From NCBI GenBank assembly GCA_965198225.1, contig CBDAOY010000008.1, forward strand, positions 896,001 through 960,000: a stretch of 64,000 nt of DNA, in the 5' to 3' direction. The stretch is from Terriglobia bacterium. GTDB taxonomy: Bacteria; Acidobacteriota; Terriglobia; 20CM-2-55-15. Of this stretch, positions 8,915 through 17,812 are shown one piece after another; the first letter of the stretch is position 1, and every line of letters starts with the position of its first letter. The notes below the pieces were generated by a model that saw only the letters and a program-made list of their open reading frames with translations, was not told where the DNA came from and made no database searches. Position numbers and translations under genes: made by a program.

Positions 8915-9405
8915 ATTTAGGCCCGATTGGGAACCGCGTACCGACACCGATTGAGCTTGAACCGTAAGAAACTGCCCATTCTCCTTGATTTCGCGGTCAC
9001 AACTCACAAAATTGGACCTTAACAGAGTCGGGAATCTCCACTCCATTGATGCAAGCCTCCACAAAAGCCATTTGCACCACATTTGCCACTTCAACGACCC
9101 TACGAGTGGCGCGATACGCCGAGGGACTCTCGGCGTGGACATCCCCAATAACGGGAATGTGGTGTTGAATGCCATGTCGGGTAGGGTTGCAAGTCTCGAC
9201 TACGTTGATGTCGGAAGTGAAAGGCCCTTTGTGCTCCGTTTGGTGCGTCACTAACTGAACCGCGAAAATCTGGCTAAATATAACTACAGGTGGGATTTAT
9301 AAGCAAGAAAAGTCTCAACTCCCGTTCAGACGGCGTAATTCGCCCAATTCTCAAATGACAACAAGGGGATTTATCGGGAGCTGACCCTCCAAAACGAGGG
9401 AGCCC

Positions 9406-9570
9406 TTCGCGGCAGGGACACCGGTCGCCCGGCCCCCGCACAGATTCCGTACGAGCGGAACTACTTCATACGGCTCCTGCCTCGGATGGATTGCGGCACA
9501 CACTACGTACCGCACACCGCAGAATTCCCGTGACACGTCTACCTCCCGCAGTTGTGTGCGTGAAGTCTGC
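9406..9570 (-). mobile_element. Degenerate group II intron 3' remnant (DIV relic, DV, DVI)
   Basis: GAGCCGTATGAAGTAGTTCCGCTCGTACGGAATC...GTGTCCCTGCCGCGAA; RT start-like VSREFCGVR joined to tail AAIHPR; branch A replaced by G. Confidence 0.75.
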
Positions 9571-9599
9571 AAAATTCGGATTCGGCATCTCCGTTGGCT

Positions 9600-10069
9600 T
9601 TAGGCTGGCCGCCTGAAACGCGAACGCCTACTGACAACTGAGTACTGATTACCTCCCGTACCACCAAGCCAGCGCAGAATCGTGTCCGTAACGAAATCCG
9701 CCACGTCCCGGTGGACGAAGTGTCCGGCGCCGGGGACCGTGACCAGGGTCAGGTCCCGCTCCAGCCAGTCCCACGTGCCGCTCAGGGCGTCGGCGAGTAC
9801 ATACCGGTCCTCCAGCCCGTGAATCAGGAGCACCGGGGCCTGTACCTTGACGAGGGGCGAGGTGTGTTCGGGTAGGGCTCACGCGGATAGTTCGCTTTGT
9901 AATCATCACGACGAGCGGCCCGTCGCCGAGCGTGACGTAGTGAATCGGGACGTCGGCGTTCCCGGCGAAGTGACGCTCGACTTCTTCGAAGAGGTCAGGT
10001 CCCCGGGGCGGGGGAATGCGGTGGTGCCGCCAAAAAAACGGCCGCCAGCAGGCCGGAGCGCAACCGCAT
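9600..10069 (-). pseudogene. Alpha/beta hydrolase (epoxide hydrolase-like) pseudogene with internal deletion and frameshifts
   Basis: IHYVTLGDGPLVVMI jumps out of frame to YKANYP...[10 protein letters not shown]...GAGHFVH; the HGFP and nucleophile regions are absent. Confidence 0.8.
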
Positions 10070-10082
10070 CGATGGACCCCGG

Positions 10083-10799
10083 TTAACGCCCAAGCGCATT
10101 CGAGAGCCGACCCGGTTCGTGGCACGACCCGCAGACCAGCTTCGCTCTCAGCGTGACTGAACTCGGGTCGGAGAGCCAGGTCTCGGCACGTCTGGCGTAG
10201 GCTGTTCCGGGCATCGTTTCGACGATTCGTTTCATGAAGACGTCCGCCCGTTCACGATTGTCGAGCCTGTACTCCGACTCGGCAACGCCGGCCAGGACTT
10301 CGCCCCTGTGGTGAAGGGGCATGTTGTCCAACTGCGCCTGCTGTTCTTCGTAGAGAACGTTGTAGGCGTCCCTGGCCTTCTCGAGCGCCCGTTGCCGGTG
10401 CTGGGTCGGCATTCGTCCCTGGTTCATGAGCATCGTGCCGCCGTAGACGGCGTTGACTCCGATCCCCCTTGGGTCGATGTTCAAGGCCAAGTCCAACAGG
10501 CGGAGCGCTTCGCCGTACTGGCGTTCGAAGCCCTCCGAATCTCCACTCTCGTGCGCCAGGACGGCCAGATGGGCGACACCCATGGCCTTCAACGCCATCG
10601 CATCGGGATCCTTCGGGTTTTCCTTGAGGATCTCTGCGAGTTTCTCCATGCCGACATTCATTCTGTTCAGATCGTTGCCAAGCGGTCCGGCAAATATATC
10701 TTCGCGGGCCCAGGTGTAGACACTCAGACCGTCGGGTCGCTGGGCAAAGGCGCCAGCTGCCATCAACAGCAGCAAGACAGCGCTCACTCGAATACGCAT
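10083..10799 (-). CDS. Secreted helical (TPR-like) protein with a C-terminal CxxCH
   Basis: Signal peptide MRIRVSAVLLLLMAAGAFA, amphipathic helical repeats, CGSCH near the C-terminus, SD GGAGGT. Confidence 0.8.
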   Translation of the reverse strand: MRIRVSAVLLLLMAAGAFAQRPDGLSVYTWAREDIFAGPLGNDLNRMNVGMEKLAEILKENPKDPDAMALKAMGVAHLAVLAHESGDSEGFERQYGEALRLLDLALNIDPRGIGVNAVYGGTMLMNQGRMPTQHRQRALEKARDAYNVLYEEQQAQLDNMPLHHRGEVLAGVAESEYRLDNRERADVFMKRIVETMPGTAYARRAETWLSDPSSVTLRAKLVCGSCHEPGRLSNALGR

Positions 10800-10929
10800 C
10801 AGAAACCTCCTCTCCGGATGTGGCCCGCACGATCATGCGTCGGGTCAGAACCGGTGCAGCCATTGGGAAAGCCTACGACTCGCGAGAAATGATAAGCGAG
10901 GGCACGGTGGGGGTCAATCCGTGCTCGAG

Positions 10930-11988
10930 CTACACGACAAGGCGGCCGTCCTTCACCACGGGCGTGCCGCTCGCGGGGACCGTCGCGTTCGTGATGAAGT
11001 TCCAGTAGACACCGCCCCCCCGGTTGGCTCCGCCCATCTCGAGGTTGTCCCCAAGGCTCAAACGGACCACACCGGCGCCGTATCCGTAGTAGCCGATGTA
11101 TGGTTCGTCCGGGCTGATCTCGAGGACCCGATTGCAGCCGATGCCGAGTTCCCGGAACGTTTTCGCCGCTCCGCCGGCCTTGCTCAACGCACTGTCGACC
11201 GCAGCGGCGTTGTTCCCCTGGATGTCGACGACCTGACCGTCGACGAAACGCAAGAGGAGCTCGCCGGCCTCGATGCCGAGATGCTGCCAGGTAGACAGAA
11301 AAAGGGTTCCGTTGGCGGACGTCTCGATCGGGGCGACACGCAGGACGCCGGAAGGCATTTCCACGTCGCGATCGATCCGGAGCGTCCATGCCGTCGCCGC
11401 GTCGGGACTCGCGTCCCCGGTTTGTCTCGAAAAGGTTCGATTTCCCACCACAAAAGTCATGTCCGTCCCTTCCGGCGTCGCAATCCGCACCGGCCCCGAA
11501 CGAAGGACCTCGATCGCTCGATCATGTGTTGCTTCCAGTTCATCCGGAGAGACATCGAGTGCTTCGAGATAGTGCCGATCGACGATGTTGGGAACCGGAG
11601 GCGTGGTGCCCGGTACGGCGAAGGTACCACTGGCCCAGTGGAAATGCACCGAGCGTCCCCGCTTGCTGTCGAGCCACTCATCCAACGCTTGGCGGACGGC
11701 GGGAGTGTTGCCCTGATGCACTTCCGGAAGCCAGATGAATACATCGGCGTCATCAAAGAGCCGTTGGATCGAGGCAAGCTCGTCCTCGGAAGTCTCTGCA
11801 GTCTCCTCGGAGAGTATGGTCCCGGAAACAAAAGCGCCGGCGTTTCGAATCTCTTTCCGGAGAGGGCCGACGATTTCAGTGAAGACCCGGACGTCGACTT
11901 TCAGCAGGACGCTCTCACCTTCCTGAAAGCACAGAGCTTCGGCGATCTTGCGGGCGCACTTTTCGTAGTCGGCGGTCGTGAGGCTCAT
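10930..11988 (-). CDS. M29 (thermophilic metallo-aminopeptidase)-fold protein with a divergent active site
   Basis: TPEGTDMTF, APIETSANGT, FVDGQVV, FRELGIGCN, LGDN..MGG; overlaps the hemD stop. Confidence 0.7.
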   Translation of the reverse strand: MSLTTADYEKCARKIAEALCFQEGESVLLKVDVRVFTEIVGPLRKEIRNAGAFVSGTILSEETAETSEDELASIQRLFDDADVFIWLPEVHQGNTPAVRQALDEWLDSKRGRSVHFHWASGTFAVPGTTPPVPNIVDRHYLEALDVSPDELEATHDRAIEVLRSGPVRIATPEGTDMTFVVGNRTFSRQTGDASPDAATAWTLRIDRDVEMPSGVLRVAPIETSANGTLFLSTWQHLGIEAGELLLRFVDGQVVDIQGNNAAAVDSALSKAGGAAKTFRELGIGCNRVLEISPDEPYIGYYGYGAGVVRLSLGDNLEMGGANRGGGVYWNFITNATVPASGTPVVKDGRLVV

Positions 11989-12755
11989 CGATCTCTTTCG
12001 TTCGTGTTGTCGAAATAACGATCGATCGCCAAGACCAGATCGGGAATGGTCGCACTCGATGCCTGGATGTCGGCCCGCAGCCCGACTTGGGCAGCGCAGT
12101 CTCGGGTGACCGGCCCGATGACCGCCACGGCGATTCCTTTCAGGAGTTCAGATAGGTCGGCGGTCCCGAGCATGTCGACGAGGTTCTGCGCTGTGGCGCC
12201 GCTGGTCAGGGTGATGCAGTCGATCTTTTCCTCGCCGAGCGATCGGCACAACCGGGAAGCGCCTTCCAGCGGCCGTTGCGTGCGGTAGACGGTCACGACG
12301 TCCACCTGGGCTCCCCTGGCGCGCAGGGTGTCGGGAAGGTGTTCCCGCGCCGCCTCCGCTCGTGGAAGCAGGATGCGCTGACCGGACAGGTTTTCCGGGA
12401 GCGCCTCGATGAGGCCTTCCGCACGGAAGTCGTCCGGGATGAGGGCTGGAGAGAGTCCCCGTTCCTCGAGATTTCTTGCCGTCTGGGAGCCGACGACGGC
12501 AATCGGCGGAATGCCCGCATGATCGTCCAGACGGTCCAGAAAGCATCGAACGGCGTTCGCACTGGTCAGAATCAACCAGTCGTAGTCGGCAAGACCAGCG
12601 ATCGCGGCATCGACTGGCGCCCAGGATTCTGGAGGTACGATTTCGATGGTCGGGATCTCCAGGACTCGGGCACCGAGTTGTTCGAGCCGCTCGCGCAACG
12701 GAGCAGACTGGCCCTTTGCCCGTGTCGTCAGGATCGTTCGGCCCTCAAGTCCCAT
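11985..12755 (-). CDS. hemD: Uroporphyrinogen-III synthase
   Basis: ILTTRA, DWLILTSANAV, LLPRAE, VYRT, VIGPVT. Confidence 0.93.
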   Translation of the reverse strand: MGLEGRTILTTRAKGQSAPLRERLEQLGARVLEIPTIEIVPPESWAPVDAAIAGLADYDWLILTSANAVRCFLDRLDDHAGIPPIAVVGSQTARNLEERGLSPALIPDDFRAEGLIEALPENLSGQRILLPRAEAAREHLPDTLRARGAQVDVVTVYRTQRPLEGASRLCRSLGEEKIDCITLTSGATAQNLVDMLGTADLSELLKGIAVAVIGPVTRDCAAQVGLRADIQASSATIPDLVLAIDRYFDNTNERDR

Positions 12756-13674
12756 TGCGAATGATTTCTTCAAGCACGGCCCGGCCGCCCGAAGCCAGCA
12801 GCCGCCGGCCCAGTTCCGCACCGATCTCTCCGGCCCGGGCAGTGTCGCCCTTGGCGCGGTCGGTGATCAGATCTGTCCCGTCGAGGCTCGCGATCAGACC
12901 GCAAAGGACGATGACATCTCCCTCGACCCGCGCGTGTCCGCCGATCGGGACCTGACAGCTCCCTTCAAGACTCGCCAGCAGCGCACGCTCGGCCAGGATG
13001 GCCGCGCGTGTGGCCTCGTGGTCCAACCGGAGCAGGGAAGCCTGCGTTTCGCTGTCCCCGCGGCGGCAAACGATCGCCAGGGCTCCCTGTCCGACAGCCG
13101 ACAACATCACCTCCGATTCGAGGTATTCGGTGATGCGGTCAGAGTGTCCCAGTCGATTCAGACCTGCGGCAGCCAGTACTATTCCGTCATACTCCCCTGT
13201 GTCGAGCTTACGCAGCCTTGTGTCTACGTTGCCTCTGAGGGGAACGACATCGAGTTCGGGAAAACGATGTCGGAGCTGCACCTGCCTCCGAAGGCTGCTC
13301 GTGCCGATACGGGCGCCGGGGAGCATCTCTCCGAGCTTCCTTCCGTCCGATACGAGGACGTCGCGATGATCTTCGCGTTCCGTGATCGCGACGAGTCGGA
13401 TGCCGTCGGGGAGATCGAATGGAAGATCCTTCATGCTGTGAACCGCGAAATCGATCCGCCCGTCGAGAAGGGCTTCGTCGAGTTCCTTCGTGAAAAGCCC
13501 TTTCCCTCCAATCTGGGCCAGGGGAACATCCAGGATGCTGTCGCCCGTCGTCTTGATGATGACGATTTCGACAGAGAGGCTGTCGAAGATACTTTCGAGT
13601 TCGGTCTTGGCCCAGTTCGCCTGCCGCAGCGCGAGCTGGCTTCCGCGCGAACCGAGCTTGAGCGTGCGACTCAC
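12745..13674 (-). CDS. hemC: Hydroxymethylbilane synthase
   Basis: GSRGSQLAL, GGKGLFTKEL, AVHSMKD, GTSSLRR, RGNVDTRL, EGSCQVPIG. Confidence 0.97.
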   Translation of the reverse strand: MSRTLKLGSRGSQLALRQANWAKTELESIFDSLSVEIVIIKTTGDSILDVPLAQIGGKGLFTKELDEALLDGRIDFAVHSMKDLPFDLPDGIRLVAITEREDHRDVLVSDGRKLGEMLPGARIGTSSLRRQVQLRHRFPELDVVPLRGNVDTRLRKLDTGEYDGIVLAAAGLNRLGHSDRITEYLESEVMLSAVGQGALAIVCRRGDSETQASLLRLDHEATRAAILAERALLASLEGSCQVPIGGHARVEGDVIVLCGLIASLDGTDLITDRAKGDTARAGEIGAELGRRLLASGGRAVLEEIIRNGT

Positions 13675-13686
13675 CGAACGGCCTCG

Positions 13687-14943
13687 CTACTTCTGTTTGA
13701 CATTAAAGATTCTACGAACCACGTCGAGATACTCCGGCCCTTTCGGGTCGTGAGCCATGTCTTTCAGCTGGGAAATCGGGTGATGGAGGATCTTGTTGAT
13801 GAGCGCCTGCGTGATCCGGTCGACAGCCTGCTGCTGCTGCTCATCGAGGGCGCCCAGGTGCTTCCGGTTGCGCTCGATCTCGTCACGTCGCAGCTTCTCC
13901 AGGGTTTCTCTCAGGCCTACGATCGTCGGGACAACCTCGCGGGTCTGCATCTTCGAGCAGAACGCCTGAACCTCCTGGTCCACGATCTCCTCGGCCCGGC
14001 CGGCCTCCTTCATCCGTTCCCGAACGTTTTCATCGACAACCTGCTGCAGGTCATCGATGTCGTACAGGAAGATGTTGTCGATGTCGTTGACGGCGGGGTC
14101 GATGTCACGCGGAACGGCGATATCGATGAAGAACATCGGGCGGTTTTTCCTGCGGCGGATGATCTGTTCGGCAATCGGCTTGGCGATGACGAAATGAGGG
14201 GCTCCCGTCGAACTGATGACGATGTCGGCCCGGTCGATGTGGTCGTGGAGGTGTTCGAACTGGATTGCGGCGCCTTCGAACACGCGGGCCATCTCGACGG
14301 CGCGCTCGAAAGTCCGGTTGGTCACCATCACCATCGAGACGCCGCTTCGCTTCAAGTGCTTGGCGGCCAGCTCTCCCATCTTGCTGGCGCCGATTATCAT
14401 GACGCTCTTGGCCGAGAGGTCGCCGAAGATCTTCCGGGCCAGCTCGACGGCCGCGTAGCTGACCGAAACGGCGGATTGGGCAATGCCGGTCTCGGTTCGT
14501 ATCTTCTTGGCGACGACGAACGCGCGATTCATGAGCGAGCCGAGGTGCAGGCCCACGGTCCCGGCGTCGCTGGCGACGCGGTAGGCTTCCTTCACCTGGC
14601 CCAGGATCTGGGGTTCTCCCACCACCATCGAGTCCAGGCTCGAGGCCACCCTGAAGATGTGACGGATCACGTCGTTGTCGTTCAGCGTGTACAGGTAGTC
14701 GGTGATGCTATCGCTCGGAATCCGGTGGTAGGAGCAAAGGAACTGGCGGACCAGATCGTCACCGGGAGCCTCGGCGACGACCTCGACACGGTTGCACGTG
14801 GAGAGGATCATCGCCTCGGAAACACCGTCGTAGCGGACGAGCGCCCGCAGTGCTTCCCGGATGTCCATGTTGTCGAAGGCCAGCCGCTCGCGGATTTCGA
14901 CCGGTGCGGTCTTATGGCTCAGGCCAACTAGAGCTAACTGCAT
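13687..14943 (-). CDS. hemA: Glutamyl-tRNA reductase
   Basis: GLSHKTAPVEIRE, LSTCNRVE, SLDSMVVGEPQILGQVK, DIAVPRDI. Confidence 0.97.
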   Translation of the reverse strand: MQLALVGLSHKTAPVEIRERLAFDNMDIREALRALVRYDGVSEAMILSTCNRVEVVAEAPGDDLVRQFLCSYHRIPSDSITDYLYTLNDNDVIRHIFRVASSLDSMVVGEPQILGQVKEAYRVASDAGTVGLHLGSLMNRAFVVAKKIRTETGIAQSAVSVSYAAVELARKIFGDLSAKSVMIIGASKMGELAAKHLKRSGVSMVMVTNRTFERAVEMARVFEGAAIQFEHLHDHIDRADIVISSTGAPHFVIAKPIAEQIIRRRKNRPMFFIDIAVPRDIDPAVNDIDNIFLYDIDDLQQVVDENVRERMKEAGRAEEIVDQEVQAFCSKMQTREVVPTIVGLRETLEKLRRDEIERNRKHLGALDEQQQQAVDRITQALINKILHHPISQLKDMAHDPKGPEYLDVVRRIFNVKQK

Positions 14944-14947
14944 ATCC

Positions 14948-15763
14948 TCACTGCGTAAACGTGTGGAGCCCTCCAAAGTAGTTGGCTCCCAGGAACGAAA
15001 CGAGCACGCTGATGAAACCGACGATGGCCAGGTATGCGGCCTTCTTTCCGCGCCATCCGCCAATCAGGCGGTAGTTGATCAACAGCAGGTAGATGACCCA
15101 GGTGAAGAGCGACAACAGAATCTTCAGATCGCCGCCCCAAACCGTTCCCCAGGCCGACTGGGCCCACAGTGCTCCGGAGATGATGCCGAGCGTGATCAAG
15201 GGAAATCCGATCGCGAGCGATTTATACGACAGGTCGTCGCAGACCTCCAGCGACGGCAATCGATGAAAGTACGCCGAATGGTGTTTCGACTTGAGCTCCC
15301 GCTCCTGGATCAGGTACATGATCGCGCCCGCGAAGCTGATGAACAGCGCCGCATATCCAAGGAAAATCAACGGTGTATGGATGTAAATCCAGTTGCTCTG
15401 CAAGGCCGGCGGAATCGAGCTGGACGGGTCATACGCCAGGTTTGCGATGAACGTGACGATGAAGATCAACGGGAACACGAAGACGCTGAGCGAGTCGATC
15501 CGGTACTTCGTATAAGCAATCAGGAAACCCAGGACCCCCAGAGCTGCAAAGAAGGAGAATGCCTCGTAGCGCTGAGTCAAGGGCATGTACTGCAGCTCGA
15601 CCGCCCGCAGGATGATCGACGCCGAGTGGCAGATGAAGCCGACGATGATAGAGAAAAGACTGAGGCGGAACAGGGAGTATTTTCGGTTCAGAACCGTGAG
15701 TACCGAGTGCAGCAAACCCACTGAATACAAAGCCAGTGCCACCCTCAGAAGCACGACGTGCAT
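14948..15763 (-). CDS. ccsA: Cytochrome c assembly protein (CcsA/HemX-like)
   Basis: Multi-TM, WIYIH, GALWAQSAWGTVWGGDLK (WWD-like), GLHTF; first gene of the hem operon. Confidence 0.85.
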   Translation of the reverse strand: MHVVLLRVALALYSVGLLHSVLTVLNRKYSLFRLSLFSIIVGFICHSASIILRAVELQYMPLTQRYEAFSFFAALGVLGFLIAYTKYRIDSLSVFVFPLIFIVTFIANLAYDPSSSIPPALQSNWIYIHTPLIFLGYAALFISFAGAIMYLIQERELKSKHHSAYFHRLPSLEVCDDLSYKSLAIGFPLITLGIISGALWAQSAWGTVWGGDLKILLSLFTWVIYLLLINYRLIGGWRGKKAAYLAIVGFISVLVSFLGANYFGGLHTFTQ

Positions 15764-15769
15764 GGGCGG

Positions 15770-15778
15770 ATTATAGCA
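15770..15778 (-). promoter_or_regulatory. Extended -10 TGC-TATAAT 6 nt before the ccsA ATG (leaderless)
   Basis: Perfect consensus; no SD. Confidence 0.75.
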
Positions 15779-15833
15779 CAGCGCTTGCCTCCGCCCGGGC
15801 GTGCCCGGTGCAGTGTGCTAGCATGGTAAGTCT

Positions 15834-16526
15834 ATGGGTATAGACGTCTTTCAGGTCGTTTCCTTATTCATCGCGCTGTTGCTTTCCCTCAGCGTTCACG
15901 AGTCGGCGCACGCCTGGACGGCCGATCGTCTCGGGGATCCTACGGCACGCGACCTGGGCCGCATCTCGATGAATCCGCTGGTGCATGCCGACCTGTTCGG
16001 GACCTTTCTTTTTCCCCTGATCGGCTTATTCAGCAGTTTCGTCTTCGGCATTAGTGTCATCTTCGGCTGGGCGAAACCGGTGCCAGTCAACACTGCGCGA
16101 TTGCGCCACCCGAAGCGGGACTACATGCTGGTCGCGGCGGCTGGGCCGGCAAGCAACGTGTTGATGGCGGGCGGCTTGCTGGCCGTGCTGCTGGTTCTGA
16201 AGGCTTCTTCGCCTTCCATGGGCCTCCTGATCAACCAGGTAGCCCGGGGGGTTGCGACCGGGGACTCGATTCTCGTGCCGATGCTCTCGATGGCGTATCT
16301 TGGGGTGATGATCAACCTGATCCTGGCGATCTTCAACATGATTCCGGTCGCTCCGCTCGACGGCGCCGCCGTGTTGTCCGGCCTGCTGCCGGATAGCCTG
16401 TCGCCGCTTTACGCCCAGATTCAGAATTACGGATTCTTCATCTTGATCGGCTTGCTCTACCTGGGGGTGCCCTGGTACCTGTTCAGTCCGGTTATCGGTG
16501 CAGTCCGATCCGTCCTCGTGTACTGA
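15834..16526 (+). CDS. Site-2 protease (M50 family)
   Basis: HESAH, GWAKPVPVN, AGPASN, FNMIPVAPLDG. Confidence 0.92.
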   Translation: MGIDVFQVVSLFIALLLSLSVHESAHAWTADRLGDPTARDLGRISMNPLVHADLFGTFLFPLIGLFSSFVFGISVIFGWAKPVPVNTARLRHPKRDYMLVAAAGPASNVLMAGGLLAVLLVLKASSPSMGLLINQVARGVATGDSILVPMLSMAYLGVMINLILAIFNMIPVAPLDGAAVLSGLLPDSLSPLYAQIQNYGFFILIGLLYLGVPWYLFSPVIGAVRSVLVY

Positions 16527-16539
16527 CAGACTCGTATCG

Positions 16540-17523
16540 ATGGCTAAGAAACGAATCCTCAGCGGGATGAGGCCGACCGGCCGACTGCACCTGGGCAATT
16601 ACGTCGGTGCTCTGGAGAACTGGGCGCGTCTCCAGCACGAGTACGACAGCTTCCACTTCGTCGCCGACTGGCACGCCCTTACGACGGACTACGACAGCGG
16701 TCTGGACATTCGCGACGACAGTATCGAAGTCGCAACCGATTACCTCGCCGCGGGGCTGGATCCCGAGCGGGTGACGATATTCGTCCAGTCCAGCGTCCCG
16801 GAACATGCCGAGCTGCACCTACTCTTCTCGATGGTCACGCCCCTGGGATGGTTGGAGCGGGTTCCCTCCTACAAGGAAATGCAGGAGAACCTCGATCACG
16901 ACATCAACACGTACGGCTTTCTCGGTTACCCAGTGCTCCAGTCGGCCGACATCCTGATGTACAAGGCCGCCGCCGTCCCGGTCGGAGAAGATCAGGTGGC
17001 GCACGTGGAGCTGACGCGGGAGATCGCCCGGCGCTTCAATCGGATCTACAACACCGACATCTTTCCCGAACCCCAGGCTCTGCTCACTGCGACGCCCAAG
17101 CTTCCGGGCACCGATGGCCGCAAGATGAGCAAGAGCTACGGGAACACGATCGCGATCGGCGACTCACCCGAGGATGTGCGGGCTTCGATGATGACCATGA
17201 TGACCGACCCTGCGCGCAAGCGCCGGGTCGATCCTGGTAACCCCGACGTGTGTCCCGTTTTCGACTACCACAAGGTGTTTTCCAGCCCGGAAACGATCGC
17301 CGAGGTGGACCAAGGTTGTCGCTCCGCCGGAATAGGCTGTGTCGAGTGCAAGGGTTGGCTTTTCGACAGCCATCAGAACAAGTTGGGCCCGATCTACGAG
17401 CGACGCCTCCATTACGAGAAAAACAGGCGGGAGGTCATCGACGTACTGGACGGCGGAGCCAAGCGAGCGCAGAGTTTCGCTCGGGAGACCACGTCCCAGG
17501 TTCGGGACGTAATGAAGCTGTGA
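16540..17523 (+). CDS. trpS: Tryptophanyl-tRNA synthetase
   Basis: SGMRPTGRLHLGN, YPVLQSADI, VPVGEDQ, KMSKS. Confidence 0.97.
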   Translation: MAKKRILSGMRPTGRLHLGNYVGALENWARLQHEYDSFHFVADWHALTTDYDSGLDIRDDSIEVATDYLAAGLDPERVTIFVQSSVPEHAELHLLFSMVTPLGWLERVPSYKEMQENLDHDINTYGFLGYPVLQSADILMYKAAAVPVGEDQVAHVELTREIARRFNRIYNTDIFPEPQALLTATPKLPGTDGRKMSKSYGNTIAIGDSPEDVRASMMTMMTDPARKRRVDPGNPDVCPVFDYHKVFSSPETIAEVDQGCRSAGIGCVECKGWLFDSHQNKLGPIYERRLHYEKNRREVIDVLDGGAKRAQSFARETTSQVRDVMKL

Positions 17524-17603
17524 GTTCGGCTCCGCAGTTAGCCCGTTATGCCTGTCGACACTAGAACCTTTGTACGCGTCACCTGCATAACGGGCCAGGC
17601 GCC

Positions 17604-17775
17604 AAAGGCGCCGCCGCGAGGAAGCGGCGCGCGGCTGGCAGCGCCACGCAAGCGAACGAGCCGGGGTCCGGGGCAGAGCCCCGGCTAGGAAGAAACCGAA
17701 GGCGCCGCTGTCGCGAGGAAGAATCAACGGCTGACGAGCCATCGCAAGCTGAACGAGTTGGGTCCGGTTGCAGAC
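17604..17775. repeat. Two degenerate tandem copies of an intergenic REP/MITE-like unit
   Basis: AAGGCGCCGC..CGCGAGGAAG..GGCTG..GCCA.CGCAAGC.GAACGAG..GGGTCCGG..GCAGA occurs twice; copy 1 ends in the hairpin GCCGGGGTCCGGGGCAGAGCCCCGGC. Confidence 0.65.
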
Positions 17776-17812
17776 TTCTTAGCCCCAGGCTCCTAGTCAG
17801 TTCCGGAAGACC

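Noticed and set aside
8985-9254. 84-89 aa ORFs upstream of the desaturase, and the long N-terminal extension of the desaturase ORF
   Set aside because: No recognisable motif or clear RBS; cannot be supported without a search
9625-9650. Three heptamer repeats (nnACTGA)
   Set aside because: Too short and common in intergenic DNA to interpret
12646-14931. 761-aa plus-strand ORF
   Set aside because: Antisense shadow of hemA/hemC, as expected with high-GC codon bias
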